From positions 960,001-1,024,000 of the forward strand of contig CP181291.1 of the NCBI GenBank assembly GCA_052279835.1: a stretch of DNA of 64,000 bases, read 5' to 3'. Source of the DNA: Microcoleus sp. Its GTDB lineage: Bacteria > Cyanobacteriota > Cyanobacteriia > Cyanobacteriales > Microcoleaceae. Below, piece by piece: positions 52,030-62,749 of this stretch (position 1 is its first letter; the number at the start of each line of letters is the position of its first letter). Position numbers and translations under genes: made by a program. Under the pieces are notes generated by a model, which worked only from the letters and a program-made list of their open reading frames with translations, was not told where the DNA came from and ran no database searches.

Positions 52030-52182
52030 GGATGATGTTGCGGGCGATCGATCTAGTTCTAGAGTAGCCTGTCACAGCGGTTTTGGGGATGTGGGAACAA
52101 GGGCGAGGGAAATTTTTGACAAAAGTGTTGAAATAATCAAGATTTGGTGTAATATAGTAAAGCGTTAAATTTATGACGTAAC

Positions 52183-52253
<71 letters not shown>

Positions 52254-52472
52254 TTTTAGTTTATAAAGTAACAAGTTGTTTGTCACTTATGGCAGACTTG
52301 TTTCCATTTAGGCGATCGCTCTATCTGGTAGAGTTTGATATGGCAAGGGCGATCGCTTCCTTAAAATCTGGTGAACCTGTGATTCCGGTTTGGTGCGATG
52401 TAATTTATCAGCAATTGAATAACAGACTCAATGAGCGGAACGAATATGCTTAATCTGTAAGGGAGATAATGC

Positions 52473-53558
52473 TTGATGACCAATAAAAATACACAACCTG
52501 ATGAGGGTATTTTCGATTCTGCTCTGGCTAACCAACGTCCAGTACCAGAAACCTTCTTCCTAGATTTTTCGGCTGACGAAACAATTGCCCAGAATCTTCA
52601 CCAATCCGATGAAGCTGTGCAGCGTCGGATACGCCAATTCATGGAAGCAGCTAATAGTCCAACTCAATTTTTATTTAACTTCCAGACATACGGTAATGAT
52701 TCCGATGAAGAAGTAGCAGCAGATTTAAGCGGTGGAGCAATTGCTGCAATTGACTCTACAGATGTTTTACCTGTTACTGACTTAATGAATACTTCCTTTT
52801 ATGGCGTTGGAGTTGGATGTATTACAAGTCGGAATCGCCATGCCCCAGAGGTTGTTTTGACTACTACAAACACTTGCTATACAAGACCTGATGAGATTGC
52901 ATTGAACAATACTGATTTGTTGAGTTTATGCAAAGAATTAGACAAAGTTCGCGAGACTAAAGGATCTTGGGCAACTACATTTCGAGAATACCAAGAACGA
53001 GAGGTCGGAATTTCCTGTGAGCAACAAACCGTGCTGCTAGATGGGCCTGTTTTTACTCAAAACTTGATTACTCAGCATTCGGGACGAGAACTGTATTCTA
53101 GGATGATGGAAACAGGGAAGCGTTTTATTGGTGTGATCAAAGATTTGGGGAGTTCCTGGGCAATTAGTAAGTGGACAGCAATGAGTTTAGAGCGAGGGGA
53201 AGGATTTGTGCTGTGTCCTATTCAAGAGCAGTATAAAATCCGGTTTGGAGATAACAGAAGCATTAACCAATGGATTGGTGCATTACCTGGGCAGTATGTC
53301 CGGGTCGTTTATCGTCCTGCTGAGAAAGCCTTTGCTTTTGAATGCGCTCTAGCTGATTTATCATACGCAGTTAGCCTATTGCGACAAGATGCTAGCCCAA
53401 CAATTAACCACGAAATACCGCTTTTGCTGGAAACAGTTGATTGGCATCTCAGAGGAAGCAATAACTCCCAGGCAATTAAACACTCCTTTATTGGCGAAAT
53501 CCAGCGCAATAACTACCGTATGGGAGTAGATATTACAAATGAAGGTAACTACCGATGA
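52473..53558 (+). CDS. NurA-like nuclease (RNase H/PIWI fold)
   Basis: IAAIDST, REYQERE, VLLDGP, GVIK, EIPLLLETVD; overlaps the HerA start (ATGA). Confidence 0.7.
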   Translation: MMTNKNTQPDEGIFDSALANQRPVPETFFLDFSADETIAQNLHQSDEAVQRRIRQFMEAANSPTQFLFNFQTYGNDSDEEVAADLSGGAIAAIDSTDVLPVTDLMNTSFYGVGVGCITSRNRHAPEVVLTTTNTCYTRPDEIALNNTDLLSLCKELDKVRETKGSWATTFREYQEREVGISCEQQTVLLDGPVFTQNLITQHSGRELYSRMMETGKRFIGVIKDLGSSWAISKWTAMSLERGEGFVLCPIQEQYKIRFGDNRSINQWIGALPGQYVRVVYRPAEKAFAFECALADLSYAVSLLRQDASPTINHEIPLLLETVDWHLRGSNNSQAIKHSFIGEIQRNNYRMGVDITNEGNYR

Positions 53559-55339
53559 CACTAATTCAAATTCCTGACACAATCAATTCCGACTTAAGTT
53601 TAATCTGTGGCTACACTTTTAATCAGCCAGAATTATCAGCCAACGATTTTGTGATCGTTGAAGATCGCGCCAGCCAAAGGAACTATTTTGGACAAGTTGT
53701 TGGGCCACAAGCCAACTTAAATCGCTCGGCACTTGGCCCACAAGACAATGCGACAATCAATGCTTTTGAGCAGTTAGAGCAGAATAACTACACTCGTGAA
53801 GTTGTAGTTCGGGAGGTTTATTTTTACCAGGTAAACCTGATTAAAGATATTACCCAAGACCCACCAAGTAGCGTTCGTCGGCGACCCCAAATTGGATCTA
53901 TTGCCAGACAAGCAACAGAAGATGATATCATCAGATACTTAAGCTTGCCTCCTGCGGATGAACGCTATCGAATTGGACAAATTATCGATACAAATATTGG
54001 CGTTTATGTCAATCCCAGAACTCTTTTTTATCAAAGCTTGATTGCTGGTTCAACTGGGAGCGGAAAAACTAATTCTTGCGCCAATTACATCCGCGCAGCA
54101 TTACAAATGGACTTTGCGGTTATCATTTACGATCACAAACCTGATTATCAGCATATTAATAGACTCAATCAAGATGCCATAGACATTTTAAATCGAAATG
54201 GTCAAACAGACCAAGACACAACCTGGATTGAAGGAGTTAATGCTGATTTTTACTACTTGGGAGAGGAATCAACTGCCTTTCAAGGTACTCCAATTGCTAT
54301 TCCTGCCTCAGAGTTCGATCCAGCAGTTCTGGCAGCAGTAATGTACTATCCTCCTAATGAAACTAACTCTCGTGAAGAATTCGAGACTTTATTAGAAGAA
54401 TTCGACGACGAGCGACAGGCAGAGCAGAATGGTAACGAGAGAGCAATTTGGACACTAAGCGACTTTTTCCGATGGGTCACTAGCAACAATGATCGAAATT
54501 GGCAGCCGCCTGCTCATACAGGTGATCGTTTTGCTGGACGCCAGAGATCCACCTATGACGCAATGGTAAAGAAAATGCTCCGCCGGAATCGTCGTCCGGC
54601 TTGGGTTGACGGTGGGCTACCAATCCGTCCAACGGCGAATGCTAACGGTAATAGAAATATCAGACCCGATCCAAATGCCGCTATATTAGGTCTTACTCAA
54701 ACCCCTCAGCAACCACAATGGTTTGATCCTACTGAGCTATTAAAACGTGGAAAAGCATTAGTTATCCGTGTAGGACAGGCAGGTGGAGGACGTGACTATG
54801 GCTTATTCCTAAACTATATGCTTAAACGAGTTTACGAGCTCAAAGAGCAACGCAAGATTAATTTCCCAGTCCTGCATCATATTGATGAAGCTCAAGATCT
54901 CTTCAATGGTAGTAAACAGTTTGCCTCTGCAATAGGAAATGTTCTTAGTGAAGGAGTCCGTAAAGGCAGAAGCCGACAAATTGCTTTTACTATTGCTGTT
55001 CAGAGCGCGGCTCAGATACCTGATGATATCTTGAATAATTTAAACACTCGCATTATTCATCGGCATAACCGAGCCAGTGAAGCACAGAGAGCATTGGAGA
55101 AAGCCGCAGATGCCCAAATTTCGATGACCAAGAATTTTGGGCCTGGTGAAGCACTTGTCGATCTATTTGGTGCTTCAGCAGTAGTTAATGCCAGAATGCG
55201 TTTATCGCCTTTTCAGCTTACTACTGAGGAGTTATTGCAGCAGCAAGAACAACAGCAGCAGCCACACCAAGAGCAACAGCAGCAAGAACAACAACCACAC
55301 CAAGAAATATCGGCAGAGAACGAAGACATACCGTTTTAA
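53555..55339 (+). CDS. HerA/FtsK-family ATPase (DUF87)
   Basis: N-terminal HAS-barrel-like region; GSTGSGKT; IYDHKPDY; HIDEAQDLF; RKGRS; AVQS; GPGEA. Confidence 0.88.
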   Translation: MTLIQIPDTINSDLSLICGYTFNQPELSANDFVIVEDRASQRNYFGQVVGPQANLNRSALGPQDNATINAFEQLEQNNYTREVVVREVYFYQVNLIKDITQDPPSSVRRRPQIGSIARQATEDDIIRYLSLPPADERYRIGQIIDTNIGVYVNPRTLFYQSLIAGSTGSGKTNSCANYIRAALQMDFAVIIYDHKPDYQHINRLNQDAIDILNRNGQTDQDTTWIEGVNADFYYLGEESTAFQGTPIAIPASEFDPAVLAAVMYYPPNETNSREEFETLLEEFDDERQAEQNGNERAIWTLSDFFRWVTSNNDRNWQPPAHTGDRFAGRQRSTYDAMVKKMLRRNRRPAWVDGGLPIRPTANANGNRNIRPDPNAAILGLTQTPQQPQWFDPTELLKRGKALVIRVGQAGGGRDYGLFLNYMLKRVYELKEQRKINFPVLHHIDEAQDLFNGSKQFASAIGNVLSEGVRKGRSRQIAFTIAVQSAAQIPDDILNNLNTRIIHRHNRASEAQRALEKAADAQISMTKNFGPGEALVDLFGASAVVNARMRLSPFQLTTEELLQQQEQQQQPHQEQQQQEQQPHQEISAENEDIPF

Positions 55340-55480
55340 ATGCAAGGATATCATAAAAAATTTTTGACTAAAAAAATCGAGCCCATGCAAAAGATACTAA
55401 ATCAACAGCCAGCAGTTCTGGCTTCATCTTCTATCGTCCTAACTGTGGTTATCGGTAGTCAGGAGGAAATCAATCAATGA
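55340..55480 (+). CDS. Possible 46-aa coupled ORF
   Basis: ATG immediately follows the HerA stop; its TGA overlaps the MTase ATG (ATGA). Confidence 0.35.
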   Translation: MQGYHKKFLTKKIEPMQKILNQQPAVLASSSIVLTVVIGSQEEINQ

Positions 55481-56745
55481 AAGAGCCTTCATTTGAACAC
55501 GAATTTGCTATTATCCCCACCATTGTTAGTGGCAATCAAGAAACTGTTGTTGTCCAATTTTTGAAAGCAGCGACGGAATTATTAAGCAAAGCTAAAACTC
55601 TAGAAGAAATTCAGGAGGTTTGGCAAAAAGTAAGTGCGCTGGAAGCTCTATCTAAAAAATTCCGGTTAAGTAAGGATGTGCAGCTTGACGCTACTGAATT
55701 GCGGATTCGGATTGAACGTCGATTAGGAGAAATGTTAAGCAAAAAAAATCAAAGCGGAGAAGGAGGTATAAAAAAACAGAATCAAAACTCAGTTAAGGTG
55801 GATTTGGATTTGGAGAATGCTAAAAGCATCCCATCAAGTCTTAATTTTACCAAAAATGATTTGTCAAAATTCCAGGAACTTGCAAGCACTCCACAAAAAC
55901 TATTTGAGGCTGTTGTAACTGATTTGAGGACTGAAGCAGTCATTAAAAGGCAGGCAGCTTTATCCACAACTGGAATACTACGGGCTATTCGGAATGAACA
56001 TAAAAAAGATAGCGAACCACTATTTAGCCCTATTATCAAGCCTTCTGACAACTGGAACTTTAGCACGATTCAATATGGTAGAATCGATGAAGAATTGGGG
56101 GAATACAGAGGTTACATCCCTGGAGAAATTTATGCTAACTGCTTCTGGTACTATGTCAAACCAGGGGATTTAGTAATTGCACCAATGGCTGGCTCTGGTC
56201 AGGTTTTGCGAGTGTATGAAGCTCGTGAAGAATGGATGGGTCAGCACATTTATGATTTTCAATTAAAAATGTTTGATCTGACTCCACGCGGGAAGTACAA
56301 AGATTTAATTACTCAACATGATTTGACAAAAAGCTTCCCGGTTGAGCATCCTGATTACATTGTCATGGACATTCCTTATTATGGGATGGTTGCCCAACAG
56401 TATTCTAACAAGGCTGAAGATTTAGCTAACATGGCTTTAGAAGATTGGCAGATAGCGATCGCTAGAATTGCTAAAAATTGTGCCACCGCCCAAAAAACAG
56501 GAACTCTTTGCACTGTTATTTCTCCGAATTATCGGGATGTAGCCAATGGTTTAATTGTGATGGTTACAGATATAATCCGCTCTTTGTGGGAGTCTGCTGG
56601 CTATACGCTTTACGATAAAGCTTATTCAAGTCGAAGAATTCAGCAAAATCAAACCCCACAGATGGCGCGAATGAATAATCAAGCTAAAGCTAATCGAATT
56701 ATGCTGACTGACATCACAGAGATTTTGACATTTCGGAGGGGATAA
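55477..56745 (+). CDS. Amino-(N6A/N4C) DNA methyltransferase with helical N-terminal domain
   Basis: Motif I APMAGSG; motif IV MDIPYY; N-terminal RIRIERRLGEML. Confidence 0.75.
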   Translation: MKEPSFEHEFAIIPTIVSGNQETVVVQFLKAATELLSKAKTLEEIQEVWQKVSALEALSKKFRLSKDVQLDATELRIRIERRLGEMLSKKNQSGEGGIKKQNQNSVKVDLDLENAKSIPSSLNFTKNDLSKFQELASTPQKLFEAVVTDLRTEAVIKRQAALSTTGILRAIRNEHKKDSEPLFSPIIKPSDNWNFSTIQYGRIDEELGEYRGYIPGEIYANCFWYYVKPGDLVIAPMAGSGQVLRVYEAREEWMGQHIYDFQLKMFDLTPRGKYKDLITQHDLTKSFPVEHPDYIVMDIPYYGMVAQQYSNKAEDLANMALEDWQIAIARIAKNCATAQKTGTLCTVISPNYRDVANGLIVMVTDIIRSLWESAGYTLYDKAYSSRRIQQNQTPQMARMNNQAKANRIMLTDITEILTFRRG

Positions 56746-56750
56746 AGGAA

Positions 56751-58734
56751 ATGGATTTAGAAACATTACTCGATCGCATAAACCTTGGAGAAGACCAAGA
56801 CATTGAATTTAAGTCTGCTGACGGTGGTTTCCCCAAGGAAGTTTGGAAAACTGTATCAGCATTTGCAAATACAGATGGTGGCTATATTGTTCTAGGTGTC
56901 ACGGAAAATCGAAATCGGTTCGAGATTTCAGGTGTCCGCAATCCTAACGTTTTACTTAAAGAGTTTTGGAATAATCATAATAATCTGCAAAAACTGAGCT
57001 TCTCAATTTGCGGCAATTCTGACTTACAAACTTTGAAGATAGAAGATCGTAATTTAGTTATTATTAAAGTTCCCAGAGCAACAAGAACGCAACGCCCAGT
57101 TTATATTAATAAAAATCCCATGATGGGAACCTATAAACGTAACCATGACGGGGATTATCCTTGCACTGATGATGAAGTTCGTCAAATGTTGCGCGATGCC
57201 AGCAACGATCCTCAAGATATCCAAATTTTAGATAACTTTGACCTGGGCGACCTCGATCCAGAAACTTTAAAATCTTTTCGCCAACGGTTTAGTTCCAGAG
57301 AACCAGATCATCCTTGGCTCGGATTCGACGATCGCAATTTATTGATTCAGTTAGGCGGATGGAGGCGCGATAGAAATACTGATAAAGAAGGGTTAACTAT
57401 AGCTGGTTTACTGATGTTTGGGAGAGGAAATAGTATTTTAGATGCACTTCCCCGCTATCAACTAGACTATCAAGAACGACTGTCTAACGATCCAGAAGTT
57501 CGCTGGACATATCGGCTGACACTTGATGGCAAGTGGGAGCCGAATCTTTTCAATTTTTATTATCGCGTCTATAGTCGTTTAGTTAATGATTTAGATATTC
57601 CCTTTAAACTAGATAAAGATGCCGTGAGACGAGGAGAAACTCATGTTCATGAAGCTGTTCGAGAGGCTCTGGTCAATGCTTTAATTCATGCCGATCATTT
57701 ATCTTCTCGTCCTGTTATAGTAACTAAGTTTCCTAATGGTTTTTTATTCACTAATCCCGGTCGATTAAGGATTTCTCTTTTGCAACTTTATGATGGGGGT
57801 ATCAGCGATCCGCGCAATCCTAAACTGCAAACGATGTTTCAAATGCTTGGTTTAGGTGAAAAAGCAGGCTCTGGTTTTAGAAAGATTCTAAGAGCATGGA
57901 AAGAACAACAATGGTTTAGGCCACTCGTGTCAGAAAAATTCGATTTAGAAATGACATCAGTTGCCCTACCAATGCTTAGTTTAATTCCCGAAGACGTTGA
58001 GCAAGAACTAAAAGAAATAGTGGGAGATAACTACTGTCAATTAACAGAATTAGACCGGATTATTTTGGTATTAGCGCATCAGTTTGGAAAAATTAGTAAT
58101 AGTGACATTCAGTGTTACAGACAGGAACATCCTAGAGATATAGGAGAGTGCCTCAAGCACTTGGTCAATAACGGCTGGTTGGCGCAATCAGGACGTGGGC
58201 GTGGAACCCAGTACGCTCTACCAAATAAAGGTCAATCGGATTTGCTTTCACTACTTCCAAGCTCCGAACATAACGAGCCTAGCTCCGAACATAACGAGCC
58301 TAGCTCCGAACATAACGAGCCTAGCTCCGTGCATAATGAGCCTAGCTCCGTGCGTAACCATCCTAACTCCGTGCATAATGAATCAAGCTCCGTGCATAAC
58401 GAGCCTAACTCTGTGCATAATAATGAAAACTTATTTTTACTAGAAATAGCTACTCCTGTTCGAGAAAAGAATCGGGTAAGTCCTGAGTTGATGAGAAATA
58501 CTATTCTGACACTGTGCTCGGAAAGATATTTAACTGTCAAAAGATTAGCTGAACTATTGAATCGCAGTTTCTGAAACAATTAGGACTCATTTTATTAATC
58601 CAATGTTGTCAGAAAAATTACTAGAACTCAAATATCCTGACGAACCAACTCATCCTCAGCAAGCATACAGAACCTTGTTGTCTCAAGGAATCACCAAGAT
58701 TTTTGATACTCCTTCATCTCCCGAAACCCCATAA
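56751..58734 (+). CDS. AlbA_2 (Schlafen-like) + HATPase_c_4 + HTH protein; +1 frameshift at ~58570
   Basis: EDQDIEFK, VSAFANTDGG, REALVNALIHAD, NPG, PRNP, GEKAGSG; tail LELKYPDEPTHPQQAY in a shifted frame. Confidence 0.85.
58259..58421. repeat. In-frame 21-bp tandem repeat (SSEHNEP), ~8 units
   Basis: agctccgaacataacgagcct units diverging toward the 3' end. Confidence 0.9.
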
Positions 58735-58851
58735 AAGATCGTTGACACCAACTATCAGCCCGCGACAGCGGAACCTAAAACTTTGCGCCACTCAATTGCT
58801 AATCACTAATCACCCCAAGGCAATTAGCAATTAGCAATCTTACCCAAACGA

Positions 58852-59322
58852 TCACATTTTACTGATAATTCTCTGCACGATTTCCACGCCTGTTACCGCT
58901 TGCCAGCCAAACAGCCCCAGCATCGCCACATTCAGAAAGATGTGAGTATATCTGGCAAAATCATTACCTTTTTGCATCAAAGGAGTCAGCGACGCAGATA
59001 TCGCAATAATTGCCGTCATGCCTAACCCTGCTAGCAAGTGGGAACCCACGAACAATTTGCCGTTATTGATATAGGTGACAGCCATACCGCCGATCGAACC
59101 CGTTACCATCAAGGCTAGCAGCAAAGAACCCATCTGGTGATGCTTCAGGTTGAATTTGCCCTTAATTAACTCTTTTTTGACCTCGCCTTCGGCACTCCTG
59201 GTGCGCCGGATTTGAACGCCGAGATACAAAGCATAAAATGAGATTGCTAGCAATACCCACATTAACACTGGGTGGAAAAATTGGCTCCAAACTTTCACAG
59301 ACTGCGGAATTTCCAGATTCAT
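58852..59322 (-). CDS. DUF4079 family membrane protein
   Basis: HPVLMWVLL, HHQMG, HLLAGL, QAVTG. Confidence 0.8.
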   Translation of the reverse strand: MNLEIPQSVKVWSQFFHPVLMWVLLAISFYALYLGVQIRRTRSAEGEVKKELIKGKFNLKHHQMGSLLLALMVTGSIGGMAVTYINNGKLFVGSHLLAGLGMTAIIAISASLTPLMQKGNDFARYTHIFLNVAMLGLFGWQAVTGVEIVQRIISKM

Positions 59323-59418
59323 GGTGTTTTCAGGATTAGCAAAAATACTTCATAAAACTTAGCATACCAGTCAGGCCGTCTCATGCGACGGTACAAATAT
59401 ATAAAATGAGACACTGTT

Positions 59419-60900
59419 ATGCCTGCCACTAAACAAGACGCTTTATTAATCCAAGCTGCCAAAACTGGCAACATTATTCACGTACAAGCCTTACTCGCTA
59501 AGGGTGTTAATCCAGACTCCAAAGACTCTGAGGGGACGACAGCTTTGATGTTTGCGGCCCAAAAGGGCTATGCCGAAATCGTGCGTACTATACTAAATAA
59601 TGGCGCTAATGTCAATCAGGTAAGAAGGCGTTTTGGGCTGACGGCTTTGATGCTTGCTGCGGCTCACAAGCAGGCTGATTCTGTGCGACTGTTGTTGGCT
59701 GGGGGGGCCGATGTTAATGCTAAAAATGATGATGGGAGTACGGCTTTGATGGCGGCTTGCCTCAAAGGTGATATCAATGTGGTGCGACTGTTACTTGCTG
59801 CTGATGCTGATGTGAACGTGCGCGATCGCGATGGAGATTATGCTCTGAAAATAGCTGCTTTATCGGGGAATCAAGCTATTGTCAAAGCTTTGGCTGATGC
59901 TGGTGCTGTTGCAGATAATTATATCCTATTTTTAGTAGTTAGTCAAGGTCGCCCTGAAATTATCCGAATTTTGCTCAATTGTGGCGCTGATGTTAATGTT
60001 AAAAATTCCGATAGCAAAACTGCTTTGATGGAGGCTGCTGCTGCGGGTAATTTGTCCGTGGTAGAGGTGTTGTTGGCGGAGGGTGCTGATGTCAGAATTC
60101 CCGATAAAGATGGTGAAACTGCTTTAACTTTGGCTGCTGATTTTGGTCATATTGATGTGGTGCAGGTTTTGCTGCGTGCCGGTGCTGATGTGAATGGGAA
60201 AAATGGGGATGGGGGAACGGCTTTGATGGCTGCTGCTGCTGGGGGAAATTTGCCGATCGCCCATATCTTACTCGATGCTGGTGCCGATATCAATGCTAAG
60301 GACAAAGATGATGAAACTGCTTTAAATTTTGCTGTTGTCGAAGGCTATGAGGATGTTGTGGAATTGCTGTTAAACCGCGGCGCTAGCGTTGGTGCTAGAA
60401 ATCGGTTGGGCGATACCCCGTTACTGGTGGCTGCTGTTCACGGTTACAGTGCGATCCTATCAGCTTTGTTGCAAAAAGTCAATCACGATAATGCTGATTT
60501 TCTGAATGCTAAAAACTTTGAGGAGACTGCTTTAACTCTGGCGGCTTTTCAAGGACATACTGAGACAGTAAAGGCTTTGCTCGAAGGTGGTGTTGACCCT
60601 AATATCGCAGGGGAGCAAGGAAAAACGGCTTTAATGAAAGCCTGTATTCGAGGTCATGTGGCGATCGCCCAATTATTAGTTGACAACGGTGCTGATGTCA
60701 ATAGGCGGGATGCTTCCGGTGCCACTGCTTTAATGTGGGCGGCCCATCGGGGTGCTGTCAGTGCTGTGAAGATTTTAATTGATGCCGGTGCGGATATAAA
60801 TCATAAAAATCAGGGGAATTATACGGCTTTAATGCTGGCTGAATTTAACGGTTATAAAGATGTGGTGAAACTGCTCAAAAGTGCTGGAGCAAGAGAATAA
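59419..60900 (+). CDS. Ankyrin repeat protein
   Basis: Many GxTALMxAA...GADVN repeats. Confidence 0.95.
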   Translation: MPATKQDALLIQAAKTGNIIHVQALLAKGVNPDSKDSEGTTALMFAAQKGYAEIVRTILNNGANVNQVRRRFGLTALMLAAAHKQADSVRLLLAGGADVNAKNDDGSTALMAACLKGDINVVRLLLAADADVNVRDRDGDYALKIAALSGNQAIVKALADAGAVADNYILFLVVSQGRPEIIRILLNCGADVNVKNSDSKTALMEAAAAGNLSVVEVLLAEGADVRIPDKDGETALTLAADFGHIDVVQVLLRAGADVNGKNGDGGTALMAAAAGGNLPIAHILLDAGADINAKDKDDETALNFAVVEGYEDVVELLLNRGASVGARNRLGDTPLLVAAVHGYSAILSALLQKVNHDNADFLNAKNFEETALTLAAFQGHTETVKALLEGGVDPNIAGEQGKTALMKACIRGHVAIAQLLVDNGADVNRRDASGATALMWAAHRGAVSAVKILIDAGADINHKNQGNYTALMLAEFNGYKDVVKLLKSAGARE

Positions 60901-60988
60901 TATCGGTGTTATCCTTAAATTTGTAGTAAGGACTTCTGTCCTTTCTTTGTCTGACGAGCGATCGCGACCTTAGTCCTTACTACCAACC

Positions 60989-61930
60989 TCAATCTGTTCG
61001 CCTTACCCAACCATTAATCGTAAAGCGACTGTCAGCAAAAGCTTTCGAGGGACAACTAACTGGCAAAACTTCGTGCATATAGCGACTCAGAAAAAATACG
61101 ATGCTATTATTGCGAGGTTCAACAGTTTTAAAAGAGTCAGCCGCTACATAAAAATTGTTCTCAATTTTGCTATCATAAATCTGCAATTCTCCGCCAGTAA
61201 ACGCCTTGGGTTCTCGATTGAAATAGTAAACATAGGTGAAAAATCTGGTTGCTGTTTCTGGAGAGCCACTATCGTTATGAAGTTTGTAATAATTATTGTC
61301 GTTGTGCAGCGTTAATTGAGCTTCTATATCACCAACAGAAAATGAAGGTAGGTTTAATTTTCGCAGCACGTCGGGGAGAATAGCTTTAATGCGATTAATC
61401 ATCAGTTGTGAAAATTCGGGGAAGGAATGGAGAACCATAGAACGCCGATAATCTTCGGCCTTGGTTGAGGTGCTGGTACTCACAAATTCTGATTCTTTTG
61501 CTAAAACATATTTGATGAGTTTATTTTTTTCACTGGCTGTGAGGAAGTTCTCAATTTGGGCGTAGCGAGATATTAAGTCGTCGTTTACATGAGCAGGAAT
61601 TATAGGAATCTCTAGGGGAATTTCTGGCGGAATCTCTACCGGAACTTCTGGCTGTGGCGGTGGCAGTTGAGCTAAGTAAATGGGCGGTTCGGTGACTAAT
61701 CCCACTAGGTGTTCGCTGGGAAAACAAAGTGCGGATCGCCCTTCGTCTATGGGAATCTGAAATAAAGTGGGAAAACCGGGGTTCTGTTGGGTGCGATCGA
61801 CTAAGGTTTTAACCAGATTGTGCAATAAGGGGGCGTCAGATTTGAGGGTAATTGTGCATTGATGTCCGCCCGCGAGCAGGATTTTAACTTTGACATCTTG
61901 GGGTTTAATTTGCGGTTGAGTGTAAGTCAT
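60989..61930 (-). CDS. 2OG-Fe(II) oxygenase (prolyl-hydroxylase-like)
   Basis: HND, FTGGEL, HEV, RFTINGW. Confidence 0.88.
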   Translation of the reverse strand: MTYTQPQIKPQDVKVKILLAGGHQCTITLKSDAPLLHNLVKTLVDRTQQNPGFPTLFQIPIDEGRSALCFPSEHLVGLVTEPPIYLAQLPPPQPEVPVEIPPEIPLEIPIIPAHVNDDLISRYAQIENFLTASEKNKLIKYVLAKESEFVSTSTSTKAEDYRRSMVLHSFPEFSQLMINRIKAILPDVLRKLNLPSFSVGDIEAQLTLHNDNNYYKLHNDSGSPETATRFFTYVYYFNREPKAFTGGELQIYDSKIENNFYVAADSFKTVEPRNNSIVFFLSRYMHEVLPVSCPSKAFADSRFTINGWVRRTD

Positions 61931-62173
61931 AATTTTTTCAGGACTGGATGGAAAACTAGCTAAAGATATGATTCGGAAGTAAAATAATTAGGTAGGGATA
62001 CAACAGTTTTGTTTCTCTGCAATATGATACACAATTAGTGGGGACACAAACAAGACTGTTTATTGGTGTGATGGTCGATCGCCAAAAATTGAGGTTAATG
62101 GGGGAAAGAGTTAAGGAACCGCAGAGGGCACAGAGAGCACAGAGGATGGAAAAGAAGAAGGAGAGGAATAGTC

Positions 62174-62239
62174 ATGAAAGCAGAGTATGATTTTAGTCAG
62201 GGTAAGCCAGGGGCGATCGAGCTAAAATTACCTGGGTAA
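62174..62239 (+). pseudogene. Remnant of a BrnA-type antitoxin N-terminus
   Basis: GAGG RBS followed by MKAEYDFSQGKPGAIE..* (EYDFS.GKRG-like motif). Confidence 0.5.
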
Positions 62240-62365
62240 ACTCTAATATTCCACTTATATTGGTATTGATTGGAACGCACCTTATTTTTGGTTGGGAATT
62301 GAACACAGTTGCAGCCAGACAAAGCATTAGACATCTTGCTACAATGTTTTTATACAGTTCAAGTC

Positions 62366-62749
62366 ATGCACAATATGTCCCTAATCAGCGCCCCAGCAAA
62401 ATTTCAAGCAACCTCTCCCCCTTTCCGTTGGGATGAAGCGGGAGGTATCCGTATAGGTTCGAGTCGAGTTACCCTAGATAGCATACTTGCTTCATACCAC
62501 AATGGCTCCACTCCCGAAGAAATCGCTATTCAGTATTCAGTTGTTCGCTTAGAAGACATATACAGTACCATTGCTTATTATCTCAACCATCGTCAGGAAA
62601 TTGACAGTTATTTGGAGCAGCGCAGCCAACAATCTCAGCAACTGAGACAACAACTTTCTCAAAAACACAATTTAGTCGATCTGAGACAACGTTTGCTTGC
62701 TCGTTATCAGTCAAAAGGGGAGTCGATACCAATTGCGCCTTCTAACTGA
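62366..62749 (+). CDS. DUF433 family antitoxin
   Basis: IRIGSSRVTLDSI...GSTPEEIA...IAYYL. Confidence 0.85.
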   Translation: MHNMSLISAPAKFQATSPPFRWDEAGGIRIGSSRVTLDSILASYHNGSTPEEIAIQYSVVRLEDIYSTIAYYLNHRQEIDSYLEQRSQQSQQLRQQLSQKHNLVDLRQRLLARYQSKGESIPIAPSN

